Assembly: GCA_040756875.1 (NCBI GenBank)
Contig: JBFLYH010000001.1
Span: 736,001-800,000, forward strand
Source of the DNA: a candidate division FCPU426 bacterium
Lineage (GTDB): Bacteria > Oederibacteriota > JAAXVQ01 > JAUVAV01
Reading direction: 5' to 3'
Length of the DNA stretch: 64,000 nucleotides
Shown: one piece after another, positions 48,701 through 51,974 of the stretch
Layout of the letters: each line of letters starts with the position of its first letter
Position numbering within the stretch: the first letter of the stretch is position 1
Translations under genes and position numbers: made by a program
The notes under the pieces: generated by a model
The model's input: only the letters and a program-made list of their open reading frames with translations
Told to the model about the DNA's origin: nothing
Database searches by the model: none

Positions 48701-51114
48701 TGCTGTCTGCCGGTCTGGGGTTGGTCTTCGGCGGTTTGAGCCTGGCAGCCGGGGCCGCTGGTTTGGCCTTGGGCGGTCTACTGACAATAGGTCCCGCGTT
48801 GATTTATTACTTAAATGCCCGTCGGCCGGAAGCTAGTCCCACGGGCCGCCAGCAACCCTCTGCCGCGGAAACCGGCATTTCCGATGTGGAACAGGCCCTC
48901 CAGTTGGATCAAACCATCTTGCCCAGGGACCCCAACGAGCCTTTCCGTCAATCCGAGTCCAGGACGGTCCGCGCGCTCCAAGCCTGGTTTGGGGATGTGC
49001 TTTTCGCCGGCGACCTCCAGACCGTCGGACGACCCGGAATCCGGAGGCCGTTCGAAGGCGCCCAAGCTGTTTTTGCTTCAGCCTGGACCATGGCACACGC
49101 CCTGGTCATGCTGATCGCCAGCACGCGGCCCGGCCAGCAGTTGGTCTTCGACCCGCAAAACCCGGACTTGTTGGATATGGCCCGCAAACAGTCTCTCCCG
49201 GATGCCGAAACCGCGGCCGCATTTGCCCGCAAGTATGCCGTGCAAGTGACGCCCCTGCACATCAGGCCTGTATCCAGCCTCAAGACCGCAGGCTGGGCGC
49301 GATTCCGGCTGTTCCTGAACCTCAATTCCGCCTACCAGGAAGACGGGGCGAACCTTCAACCCACCTTGTATCTGCCTGATAACATGCTGCTGGAATTGCA
49401 AAAGGGCATTCCCACCACGACGGGTTTGCGGGGATTGGGGCAGCGCTGGCTTTGGTATGGAAACCGCTTCCTCCTTGGTCTTCTGGCCCGATATCAATCC
49501 TCTGCCTATTTTTCAGATCTCCGCCAGGGGCTGGCCTGGAGCCAAAACCAAATGGCCGCCAATCAGGATTTCACCGAAGCCCGGGCCTTGGCCTTGGATC
49601 ATCTGGGCGGCCAAGAACGGGCCGTTGATTATTACTCCCGCCGGCCGGCCGCGAAGACAGCCCTGAGTCCTTATGATGTCATTAAAATATCGGTCAGGTT
49701 GATGCAAACCGGCGCCAGGCTCCTCGGAGAACCAGCTGTCACACCCTGGCAGGTTGTGGAGAACCGCTTGGACGCATCCCTTCGCGAAGGTGCTGAACCA
49801 GGCATTGAGACTCTTATGAAACTCCTTTCGACCGCCCCGGCCTTGGATTCCGCCGAAACCGCCGTTTTAAGGACCCTGACCGAAGAAAGCGCCGGTTTGC
49901 AGGGCAATTTGCAGCCTTGGGTCCTCAGGGATATCGCTGCCTCCCTGATCGACGGACAAGCCCGGTCATTAGCCGACAGCGGGGCATTGCCAACGCCCTC
50001 GGCTTTGAAACCGGATGAAGAGGTTTATCTGCTGAGTTTGCCCCAGACTTATGCCCGAATGATTGCAGAACTGGACCGTCTGGCCAAGCTTGCCGCGGCC
50101 AAAGCCGGCGCCCAGCCGGCCTTGCAGCCCTGGTTGGAAAGGGTGGACCAGTTCCGCGAGGCGCTTGTAATGGCTTCGACCTTGCGTCCCGGACAACTGC
50201 AGGTCCTTGCTCCTGATTTGGCCGCATCCCTACTTGGCGAAACCCTGGCTTTGGCCGGTGAAGAGGGAACTGCGATGGTGGATTTGGGACAGGACATCGA
50301 TTCCCGTCGCGTAGGCGTTACAACCGGCGAAGTCATTGCCAGGGAAGTTGCTCAGGGCGTGCAAATGCCCAGCAGGGAAGTCTACCAAATCAGCGGGCCT
50401 TCCCTGGAAACGATCGCCTCAAGTCTTTCCCAGTCCCAGCTTCCTACCCGGGGATTGTTCGCACAAGCTTATGAAGGTTCTGTCCACGTGACGATTGCGC
50501 GGCCTGAGGTCAGGTTTCAAACCTTAAGCCGGATGATTATTTCGATATCCCGCCTGCTTCCGGTCTCCGCGCAAAGAACTCTCCATCGTTTAATAATACG
50601 CTTTAATCCCAGGGGTTATCTAGACATTATACTAAACGGCGTCATGGTCGCGCCTTGGTCAATCTTGTTGCAGAATCACTCCAGCCCCCTGGGACAAGCC
50701 TATTTGCGCTGGGCCCAGCAGCAGACCCCGTCTTCAGAAAGCCAATTGCTTAGGGCCATGATCAGAGTGTTAAAATATCAAAAAATCGAAATCGAAAATA
50801 CCCAGGGCATATTGGCAGACTCCCAAGTGTCTGGCATGCGCGCTGACCATCAGGCTTCTTTAATCGCTTTCTTCGAAACCGCCCGCAGAATTTCCGCCTT
50901 GTCTCCAGTGCGCATTGGCCGCTGGGATTCGCTGCCCAGCGGCGTACATCGCGCAGACATCCTCATGCCCGGCTTGTTATCCCAACCAGGCAATATGGGT
51001 ACCTGGGGCGCTCTTATGGATGTCATGCGCGGTTTCGAAGCCATACGCATCGAAAATGACGTTTTCAAACACCGCAGACGTCAGCTGTTCCGCACTTCGG
51101 CACAAGCAGCGTAA
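24733..51114 (+). CDS. Giant (8793 aa) multi-pass, multi-enzyme protein
   Basis: Single uninterrupted 26.4-kb ORF with a signal/TM N-terminus and several recognisable enzyme domains (listed separately). Confidence 0.92.
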   Translation: MASIPGLFSIWRKHHLVFSQRILALLVSITFILPHVTWAFESNTFATPGQFRFQNQLLEIPKQLASISDSFQGQGDRLVIHIQDLHCNYEVQNHIAGLLESLQSQVPLRLIGIEGASLPVNVTKLSTFPRQKIKEQVGDYFLHQGQMSGAEYYAAVKGRESKLLGMENADRYASSRECVSRFLSDETGGYLMDLHEALEETKPRVYSPRLLKFDAESSAYRQGRLPLQSYAVHLAEQARQQTLPLDAYPQLQRYVALRQNIFPEDVDPDQLFTDIERLEAVLRAPLVTTAGEKELLELLRRQELLEKLLNVSASPAELAEFRAHPEKLRIANFTAFLGRYPVGEDLDPDLSLLDRQLREVEQFYRSADLRSGDFVANLLRQMERQNVRTAVLATGGYHTPEILAGLRQAGVSYVSVKPRLLHPDRVNPYFSLLRNHATPLEKLLAQNQEKIALAPLLAQWQDADQIVSENQLPRETRITYQIVDMMLKLALLSDLAQSGIREPAELSRAFDAEVGKYPANNPGIRPDFATLQFHGDALLVGLAGQPFLAALYPRSAAGRMPGKAVYATTLNGRGLGFYSAGDAAVVAKALQRVGQPRWRRWSSFLADLGGRSLRLARTALRQAPLWVRSRLTAEQIQSTLSSPVVWAAVAVLAGLHQVWTGAMDFTTALGIGMISGTYGPRAPNVLFFEKGMAAAPEYLESRLGGKGRGLYLMARLGLPVPPGFIIQSEVSKQVNHLGRIPRSLMKEINDNLEHLEIASHREFGNPKAPLLLSVRSGAEQSMPGMMITLTNVGLNDQTVEGLAAMRNDELFAWELYAAFIENYAFHVHRVPRDIFQALRVQAMVQANKPSLSPEQLRSLVGEFKAAFHKQTGFAFPQNVREQLRNATRAVMASWDAPEVLAFRQRNQIPNTGTGVTIQQMVFGNLRENSGAGVAYSRNPYNGEPGVFGEFSWAEPGEAIVSGRITAGSLEDLAARLPQAHGLMQRYAEALEKYFGEIQDIEFVVENGELYLLQTRSARNFVYPTARIRSLVDMIREGLKDEETVVHQISLKELHWLEDFLKAPRIKPGAKGLVTIGKPAAPGIATGHIAFSHAKARELMAEGKPVILVLDHSDKEDEKLLMEKNVVGVVERVGSILSHASALLRQERSMKPCVVGLQNLQLNTRDAQPHILIGRERQWVGEGMMITVDGNTGQIYLGNDIALEDSEVAQVLNGNDRLRSSAGWKLYEQIQTWLDRHAKLVHEEEESLSPLIDKWLKDPQGTLITPEVSALLETIRDSHPNLVRAKKHGILVATIRCLLAKDTLPSEKFDSEVDLFQFIGFYADVLGSLPTAEGGEVFMLLNEIDPETARRVLYNAFGMHPYFIEAFQALSANRPEAFIQLLDNLVIPVGELSPEELTVFQRKLVYLFTRFLDQMPEEQLQPFLPRLRGETLAHLAAEWLVRGPEKLKDKTRLFRQTLAAVAADHPERIRDFWAQVRRTDSLRKTDWFMGNLGRIGIVPEAPQPEGEGLISFSLTRFVAGLAGMLIVTALLGFAAPDNALAWVLPLLFGSGGLAVWFGPRLYYLARLAAPLAGRPQLSDGNINQQLQALLADIERRGGLPAGYRRPMLAPLPAQPWWRSLWSGFRIASGADGTVRLHPRFLNLSPAAQRAMLTHEIYEAHGSKHWRATWAEYVSVLRAAPRNNPGHNPVNNPGTPRASLLQSMRGHLETVYLDPFLAIGHLGDDVIELKNLQHPDQSFWLKLRDDTNISEGLLHYSIYAQHPSFFGQPVVLGFGMSVAQDNEINLLTFNTEQPEGVLAAGSGATIMNFLRQEALRLNRHFLFSDMGNARVRTLVRRFTRNVSIPGWSVEGQDPQARLPWSWDDWRGRFLYADPQTTGEVIAGQLADWDLLADRAEQLLNRLIPDQRRSEIRAAMWQQAAAEWSRTQQPRQAGLAALRAVLDAGLPLADRAPAALNVWLERELRDLREVVFPADLDRLTTALALPGASPAIALSPREKLFANLSATLNPGQDPARDRILREMYGDLLAARPTWLQPSNQPMLQAALELLLVADPALAEAPAQGKDEAFVQALGKVLEALAPAQAGQVLQLLLEEYRAAWNQIMSYPLGNHKAFIRVLTQLGFRNPSALSHMLDSLPFDFSKASAAELRRNFEATNFAFARAVTYLPAEQQHSILTSLQGRALYTLYAQWLVALSNQGIYDRIFGGVAEPGLLRGMLQETLRSHPDQAQFWKRVDEAGSLDQSGFYQTVAGVKSFSELLRKQGFHLPRDLLPAEELARYARLVREEFKRSPEPTALCFTHAARLVAYFKAQGRNAYVFKKQFPGVEDEHYYVYVEGYLVDVFPDDLISKFNTPEVNQIRSLIRDDVIVVRALSPEVRPYTGTPFPEQLNDEAIARSNLFIALEFELPTVASAEDVEWERSDRQAIQVSPLRLAVAVATIAVLGVFSFLLSPDSVLSTLSIWGAGAGVLTLAGVYAPRLYYGWRLARPRAPVLDPRYLDTQLTRLVADLEKNGGLPDGYQRPRFKVLPRQAIRTSFWKGLRVGYGSSGVVYLHPNFLSLPIPAQRAVLLHEIYEAHQRGHVLATLLELASYLRSAVVYLRPAARRFRRIERIGFTAKADPLARRRQIERLLHEIDRELQQPGSGRLPQMAVISDLHADAKRFSELLGDALRQIAGFQGSLNPDRSIEQQMNEQGLSLKDMPGMIVVNGDLLDRGEDGLRCFNLVQELRRVAPDRVVYIVGNHDLWAAGNLLGIHLPWYRGYEFHGDVEAERLVAQQRRKNPGQVNDFDWWTARLAEYNADQAAWQKDEFGQRMKSARASFMDLYKRVGQGWSEAQKDTWEEFTGNFARIQVKDPAVGLNAIGRTSVAWWQRIHSELMDHRRAREGVADAEELQAWDEAIVLAAQITAAYEERMAAALAEGKWWVRVLQGINTQAYASMEWWCQDWSSHKGWGEALIAELNQRQLYVDGKKVTQANYTRSRIIQDMGQFFLENFNLHVFDAYGNLVTHGMLPVDPDGQIRLAFKGKTYTGREVFAGLAAMSEAVKKSRGDRRKMLETFRLVNDWYSDKTTRIKPMHVLAYLRDIGQHVFQASLRVYNWFTGHNTLATLGMSFRHRDGDYSMFFIDKGMSPRFGGEGSYALVGNGIRFRGFVADRSRAVVDSPLTVTQQALIENPGMPREEYLRLMHRALSEELALLPAGPLAEARKPAREITTEAMLHNRLLDQVFARGSIGDNERDRQVLAAFLVPDHPFKAEAFERLGRLDDEEVLARVDDLLARDQGDSPNVSFGQHAFSPFLQRHLKLRELALHPTSGQRDLRQILFSSMTIAYTPSVMNLMSEKGREVLVKTSIEANYLLLRALAILARDPERLQLTAAQVRELSQYLQSPDVIRELESFREDQALTGLTAPTTVTSLLALSQLYLPADTPEKRASLGRLVALIDQLRAESPLWAEMLQDPTLSAAAQVERIRRLNASAEQAVLPARAELRLSFWRLLAGAAVAVGVGISLSLTLSPDVVVRTVSLWGAASGLAVMAFFAPRLYYVWRLVRPRAPALDPDQAKKQLAELIADLARRSGLPEGYTPEITILPAQTLGSIFRRGFMIAKAEKGRLSLHANFLSLPWPIQQAVVLHELVEASGQGHWRATWAEFRSYLRSRPFRPSYPQNIFANDFTVHERQESGATWNRYRVTYKDTDYFFQVRNDLDARDSQHFRLERLAPDALTQHALDVVLNGLNLQRFRLLRFRHRLVAPRVEAFVMNENGVVVGYLTPYWPGERLSDLVRAKSLSPAQLGQVLRQLHGQLEMMHANRLMHGDPHFDNVLVRLPSPWVPRFLARRFPRLFPVVAHFVNFKPSEEFNPTADLFKFRLLVDRASRETLDGRAAEFIPDLVPRPEVSPLAGRLADAQITAALRREGDRVTVLVVNHRTGATVYQRQFALAPEDPVGTIRDELTYVLRQLGARIDTAGITGWPEAEFNDLHAILWNDLDIKAFSPETSPPGFFTDRADPRAVADAARRLFYETAEVVRVEQDGLVHVNRLGNLSDFETVLGPERLARHLALADMARAEDLRMVFINSTPKGGGVAIMRHGIQRWAELLRLPLRWLVMSPDETGTIFDVTKLKFHNVLQLAQDNPLTAEDTRRLDAWTQDQARRFQQHLAWGNVFVIDDPQPAGLIRLIKQSNPQAKIIWRCHIEFNVEEINRPGTTAHETWKYLADKIGPSDLFLFHEKAFVPAGFESGHMVLQMYPAMVPLDGMNKPLRPIQMDYYLRLFNEIMGEQGQTPLDPDRPILTQIARFDPSKGIPDVLESFRLLRRRLAPFRFLAEWSIPVFHFLAGWDIPLAGRLERRLVDLARYLKPQLVILGNGANDDPEAMPLYNLAQSIKTQPEYARIADDIKVVLAPHNDQLLNAVLRWSRVAFQLSHREGFEFKVTEALQKGVPVIAYRAGGIPAQIEDDRTGFLLEVGDVRGVARRLLWLMLNPFSYRRMSRAAAEETRTNYIIQDNAANLISLGLLLRSNRLTPETLAQASAGRDEHQVTADLREQVMDEAETRFGAGAREAQRGPNWPAGLMPKFRAKVIDEYGRFHPGAAARAILQENIWLLPWVVLTGVATVAAMAVAGQGSALAPLLRILIPSLSGLFYAATFTRSHGPTVVAFDPDEMRYVEIPRTWKHTLQLFGLGLGMAALTLGGLALGSLGLLGLGAVSSLAIGVLTGFAAAYALHFAWNFSFARRLPGLATGSAQPVPKLPPLESVVELTVESRLSHELINRIRANLSDTAHPERARLDQELSALGDNPELALQLLAMSGSIGGIGPLLTDRIEDLGKQAGFRKVVGIRPLYQQVWRQQVTPSQNGGPEQFSLSKVEVGDMLRSALERTQVPGTDQDLTLEVPMYDGRVRKVAVWQETDPKTGTVMYYLDDYAAGEAEPNVFDVVYSGYADKNASARFLGDFEAKKRISMEQSYLLGRAYLALLETLQIQPDAVILSEMSAGTFAIPQVVTDKYQHSPATARARFIFNDHTPLEYAHVVEHKDFLAKYPLAHEVVDLLTDAQGQVHITSLIATLAESVYGVARLHWQTMRNMPAYQRVRDKLRYITNGVNLDFWQWGGFRNWEKLSDEDLLKEKDRARSAMLNLLADRLGRDDAWKTQMAGKRIFNWTRRVVRYKQLYRLLEMVRDPELRRQFLESDAVILFGGRVHQDDTPSQQLVQEFLNEIHAHPELRDRLIFYPNFNTLDMQTIAAGVDGTIMGANEGREASATGFMKVLASGGIVIGSPDGAVPENCVFLGEAQQYANQVPAEGMQFSADPAGANAVLLPYDTIDHEDGGRRSFSPQALVSALALASRTLADPQARVGMMRRALAESPRLSTKRVVREMTSLLRELEQISDSRQQALASGRSEGAVILPTLSYDRLKKFLNFPVGNFVWKTEESKLVPVSRPAGVPEGTLRALWHEFNSLRSLGALDEPVLLFNAMGNPEYNAQPGQSGGYLLGYLRKACSENEHFKFLPKASQDEVLGTLDRLNERVKQAREQGDRNAIIEAHYEAMGLVQEWIQAEVPFLHFEWLRDGIRHYYLNPITSMGGFFFRLLKMQPEYFATRIPGTDQTRGEYITGILRSQEKWINESLETLIWRNAAVYADDPAQLDQAVQRILQETFEIMGQSTSTLAGLVAEMPKAEWNTQTLNTLAVIQNEMQRIQTQNNYLRDVTRVHFGPALPTSAFWAVRRALQRLGDRAAAITVDRQVERLPLLVDPDRFSASLEHLLALALENNAGKIKLSLGQENHHLVITIEDNGSLYTAEALQQATHIPFLATSLVPRNSGLEYLEARQMAEMYGGELQLSQHDKTFVFRLTLPLFTEAGQIVEVPDTQLWSAWVHLTTSLAGAQSEAEIQSSLMQALDDFFGFRRANFYRLNRAPEGDWRYVSTGRYGLLGFSTALNEQPFERPDEKYHLLRRYEQSRLEADQVQVIGNRVDDPRANPRHILKDIFKYKLFDATIQWQYRFFGWLNNDFIASLVGQRISRWILRFTSTAWIQDVNRSVTLLFAPPGESATSMLFILPSRTITAEEEQLLGRITRLAGQAYQRLGRQRLLTQNWTSLAERQPAQDELNALLEQGRVLFQQYRKQIQGVLKPLAKAGEEQKEVAAQLSTFSAETEELLARFFSRADVSPRVPVPETPLDTTDPEAFLEDFTLRINKAQTADEIAGLSRLAIELLDTLAWPQAQRDHLIAVCNQLVRASTENLSNLELLALEQPLAAQLDKLAALPADTLPPLLKRRLAQTRDTLQNFHQRLRLLQGLNPAVFTAFDYVKRLFAARNAPDVLESLFESVLNNTPFAGLNIYSVRPDERGALWYRSLRRSGMFGRSAARNWLALSPRSEKTRALSLAEQGPIEERDSSGSLIYEQGRGPQGFDYLYIAQRHEAPFVDQRELLRDVVRHSALPAPSWLRAFGENVALALHHGVARFFVRMIVFIRPAAVRRVDEILYLPVLDAQEKPQGLMLLNNWRNRQPLFADDAQRAQFLQSLALLRFLTTSHLTALDHQQSLLTSVEELRLVTSELNGTFRSALFGRLSGLQRLLSEGDFLLQLLPQAKTAGLISSRQARVTRRWLNLLPKLPGQLEQLLSRVVEINAVARAQTEAAGAEAEASLNKLESRTDLEPDRPFEGDEQTVLSEFNQRMASAQSSAELEQIAIDSLRQAGNNLLLRGLMLVQLRLAWERILRLQALRAEQQALQEALRALSETFSSLFGQLEEGYAVLGQLGRLETDREKIQAARQQLSELAALYPNVQLFTASLNRVLATRARLLTETDDRLLPVTLPGNQYLLLSDALTSRQPEQELQRIIRYGLFGQLPEYRHLELAQERRDSWPRFALGLTDTLGQLRSGFWKHARRLRRASPFGASLRLAQLRSWSGLIRQAQLDGHEHLLDFLVLLLPEPGVAVTLPAARQQLSALLARGLAERYARESGRPLNPDLAVKILQTYPRIVSHLQGDLSSGALQRMLEPFQADELTLLALITLLALKNSGLEGALTRERAAFLLGHLGNLEGYVRWLRTELASPPDQLADRRLHAWAYQPESGLTPEESGAKLDRMQQGLHQRIPEAERPDFDRWLAQADFSRAASNFIHLSADNAAKLLVLLWRVQQLAPTDQTILEAEGQTGLLEAALQNFDEKAWEAHYPRLIQDLQEKQNGELNHLKWQISTEAPNVSQLSVNVVGLTTGLRPAPTEPLRKPSRFGKRGRNLLFLILALTAAAAWLTFSPEASWEIAGKVPAWDSLDQTARAAIAPFFGGLLLSPENAERLRRLSGRTAQSLQRIWNQIRGLRYTPLDSLRFDRRLESGSMSNVYRVEYQGRKWAFIQNKLLDERDPNRPQAGYTAEALRDLQSGIEDTVKNYRLYQGLNYRGHAIAPEIGPLVMDRNGIVVGYLSEEIPGKDLGTLVRFGAITPEQLEAVLVQLRGQLDVLHKRGLVHGDTRPENVLVAFTPEGEPIARFIDFDPARGRWTVKDDLTLFEERLVTLTRFELQPQNVAHIRELVADEFERQQWLADRETAYQELRKVRLTWHRLMDQLTDTINQDELQNLMWDFLGQFDALPKESRLWTRSDVALARQRLAESFPAFFGELNRLLDEPLRTYQNDLQSAVTNLLSTWLTLTGPEFDAKARDIVAQKVKQLADSSQLPATMQVFRLVPASNAPRSILGTLFVNETGIIRLDLIPALLTSLANWILRRPNAEWTWRVPDSGQETPYSRISAFRLSILDQMRPFLRTLGRVKRAFYPASAGDASTLLLVADPDRMLLVDKLPFGTPEDFARVESMREAYWADKTGEGKEGWSKTKPLENIGVLIGPLVWDLQMIGAQNIRVTRFSPTEHRIRFVWGRTPEEARPREILFISNCDLEYPENYPPSLIRWLKANYDFYLQKSGEKLHRLDAMDYHLRFLKDTGLLLSDLLNREVMIDESYKSVPWPFNLEGFGIGYGEHNFLRQKNPRYIIRLTNQVRTNEAGFTTPETAAALSALVGLGLLLSAGLGLVFGGLSLAAGAAGLALGGLLTIGPALIYYLNARRPEASPTGRQQPSAAETGISDVEQALQLDQTILPRDPNEPFRQSESRTVRALQAWFGDVLFAGDLQTVGRPGIRRPFEGAQAVFASAWTMAHALVMLIASTRPGQQLVFDPQNPDLLDMARKQSLPDAETAAAFARKYAVQVTPLHIRPVSSLKTAGWARFRLFLNLNSAYQEDGANLQPTLYLPDNMLLELQKGIPTTTGLRGLGQRWLWYGNRFLLGLLARYQSSAYFSDLRQGLAWSQNQMAANQDFTEARALALDHLGGQERAVDYYSRRPAAKTALSPYDVIKISVRLMQTGARLLGEPAVTPWQVVENRLDASLREGAEPGIETLMKLLSTAPALDSAETAVLRTLTEESAGLQGNLQPWVLRDIAASLIDGQARSLADSGALPTPSALKPDEEVYLLSLPQTYARMIAELDRLAKLAAAKAGAQPALQPWLERVDQFREALVMASTLRPGQLQVLAPDLAASLLGETLALAGEEGTAMVDLGQDIDSRRVGVTTGEVIAREVAQGVQMPSREVYQISGPSLETIASSLSQSQLPTRGLFAQAYEGSVHVTIARPEVRFQTLSRMIISISRLLPVSAQRTLHRLIIRFNPRGYLDIILNGVMVAPWSILLQNHSSPLGQAYLRWAQQQTPSSESQLLRAMIRVLKYQKIEIENTQGILADSQVSGMRADHQASLIAFFETARRISALSPVRIGRWDSLPSGVHRADILMPGLLSQPGNMGTWGALMDVMRGFEAIRIENDVFKHRRRQLFRTSAQAA
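26830..28330 (+). other. Domain of the giant protein: PPDK-type ATP-grasp + phosphohistidine swivel domain, no C-terminal PEP-binding barrel
   Basis: LGGKG, LPVPPGF, LLSVRSGA..SMPGMM, VTIQQMVFGN, GEAIVSG, QDIEF, LLQTR, SHASA and ITVDGNTGQIY. Confidence 0.88.
29254..29760 (+). repeat. Giant-protein internal repeat copy 1 (TM hairpin + GGLP.GY.RP + LHP.FL.L + HEIYEAH)
   Basis: Clear amino-acid similarity to 31996-32500 and 35170-35670. Confidence 0.85.
31996..32500 (+). repeat. Giant-protein internal repeat copy 2
   Basis: APRLYYGWRLARPRAP...GGLPDGYQRP...LHPNFLSL...LLHEIYEAHQRGHVLAT. Confidence 0.85.
32660..34300 (+). other. Domain of the giant protein: calcineurin-like metallophosphoesterase resembling class III fructose-1,6-bisphosphatase
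   Basis: ISDLH, GDLLDRG, GNHD, GNLVTHGMLPVDPDG, TGHNT and IDKGMS. Confidence 0.75.
35170..35670 (+). repeat. Giant-protein internal repeat copy 3
   Basis: APRLYYVWRLVRPRAP...GLPEGYTP...LHANFLSL...VLHELVEASGQGHWRATWAE. Confidence 0.85.
35716..36330 (+). other. Domain of the giant protein: protein-kinase-like fold, copy 1 (possible pseudokinase)
   Basis: HGDPHFDNVLV catalytic loop; the DFG-equivalent position reads VNF. Confidence 0.65.
36430..38240 (+). other. Domain of the giant protein: GT4 trehalose phosphorylase/TreT-like
   Basis: NSTPKGGGVAIMRH, IDDPQ, IWRCHI, QIARFDPSKGIPDV, GANDDPE and QLSHREGFEFKVTEAL...GGIPAQI. Confidence 0.88.
39090..40830 (+). other. Domain of the giant protein: GT35 alpha-glucan (glycogen/maltodextrin) phosphorylase-like
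   Basis: GGIGPL, FNDHTP, ITNGVN, RRVVRYKQ, EASATGFMK (PLP-Lys motif) and SPDGA. Confidence 0.8.
41810..42240 (+). other. Domain of the giant protein: degenerate histidine-kinase HATPase_c
   Basis: ITIEDNG, SGLEYLEARQMAEMYGGEL and FRLTLP; the N-box is degenerate. Confidence 0.6.
46620..47200 (+). other. Domain of the giant protein: protein-kinase-like fold, copy 2
   Basis: ESGSMSNVYRV, HGDTRPENVLV and FIDFD. Confidence 0.75.
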
Positions 51115-51128
51115 TATTCATCTCCTTC

Positions 51129-51157
51129 TAGACTTCACTTTTTAATCATGGTATGAT
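51129..51157 (+). promoter_or_regulatory. Putative sigma70 promoter
   Basis: TAGACT-N17-TATGAT with extended TG; AAGGAGG RBS before ATG 51194. Confidence 0.5.
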
Positions 51158-51193
51158 CCCGCATATCTTCAAATCGATTTCAAGGAGGACTTT

Positions 51194-51838
51194 ATGCGTA
51201 AATGGCTGGCCGGGATGGCTGTCATTGGTTTGGTCTTCGATCTTTCGCTGGTTTTTGCCCAGGAGGGCAACATCCATGAAGCAGCTGTGCTTATCAGCGA
51301 TGATCAGTTGATTCCTGGTGAAATTTACGTTCCAAAAGGGAAGGATCTTCGATTAAATGTCCTGAATATCCGTAAAAATCAAGGTCAGTTCAACGTCCCC
51401 GGCATCAAGGAAACCTTTATTTTAAAACCCGGAAAGGTACAAATCGTCGACATTCCCGAAACACTGCTTACCGATGGCGCCAAATGTGAATTTAGCTGTA
51501 AAAAGACCCATTTTAGCGCTTCCAGCACCATCGTTAGGGATATCCCCGCAGATAAACCATTGGAAATTGCTGTTATCGGCATATGGAAGAATTTCCTGCC
51601 CGGAGTGATCGAGATACCGGCGGATGTACCCATGGTTTTACGTCTATACGCCCAGGCCAAATCTCCTCATTCGGATTTCGAAATATACGGCACTGACGTC
51701 AAATTGCCGTTTTCACTGAAAAAAATCACGTCTGTCGAACTGCCCGAAGGACTCAAGCCGGGAACATATCCTATTTCTCGTCCTAAATTCCCAAATCAGA
51801 ATCATGGAATTAAAAGTAAATTTGTAGTATCTGAATAA
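51194..51838 (+). CDS. Exported protein with two cupredoxin-like repeats
   Basis: Signal peptide and two similar segments, LIPGEIYVPKGKDLRL and FLPGVIEIPADVPMVLRL...PGTYP. Confidence 0.6.
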   Translation: MRKWLAGMAVIGLVFDLSLVFAQEGNIHEAAVLISDDQLIPGEIYVPKGKDLRLNVLNIRKNQGQFNVPGIKETFILKPGKVQIVDIPETLLTDGAKCEFSCKKTHFSASSTIVRDIPADKPLEIAVIGIWKNFLPGVIEIPADVPMVLRLYAQAKSPHSDFEIYGTDVKLPFSLKKITSVELPEGLKPGTYPISRPKFPNQNHGIKSKFVVSE

Positions 51839-51862
51839 ACAAAAACAAGATCGGCGGAATAA

Positions 51863-51900
51863 TTAAAAATGGGAGCGCTTCCGGGCGTTCCCATTTTTAA
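51863..51900. terminator. Bidirectional intrinsic terminator between convergent genes
   Basis: TTAAAAATGGGAGCGC-TTCCGG-GCGTTCCCATTTTTAA. Confidence 0.8.
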
Positions 51901-51910
51901 TATGAGTTTA

Positions 51911-51938
51911 AGTTAACATAATATATATTATGCGACTT
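51911..51938 (-). other. dif: dif site (XerC/XerD chromosome dimer resolution site)
   Basis: The minus strand reads AAGTCGCATAA-TATATA-TTATGTTAACT, matching the 11-6-11 layout of E. coli dif (GGTGCGCATAA-TGTATA-TTATGTTAAAT). It is intergenic and lies at a convergence point. Confidence 0.88.
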
Positions 51939-51974
51939 TATAATTTTATTTTTATGCTTATTTTTACAGCATTT

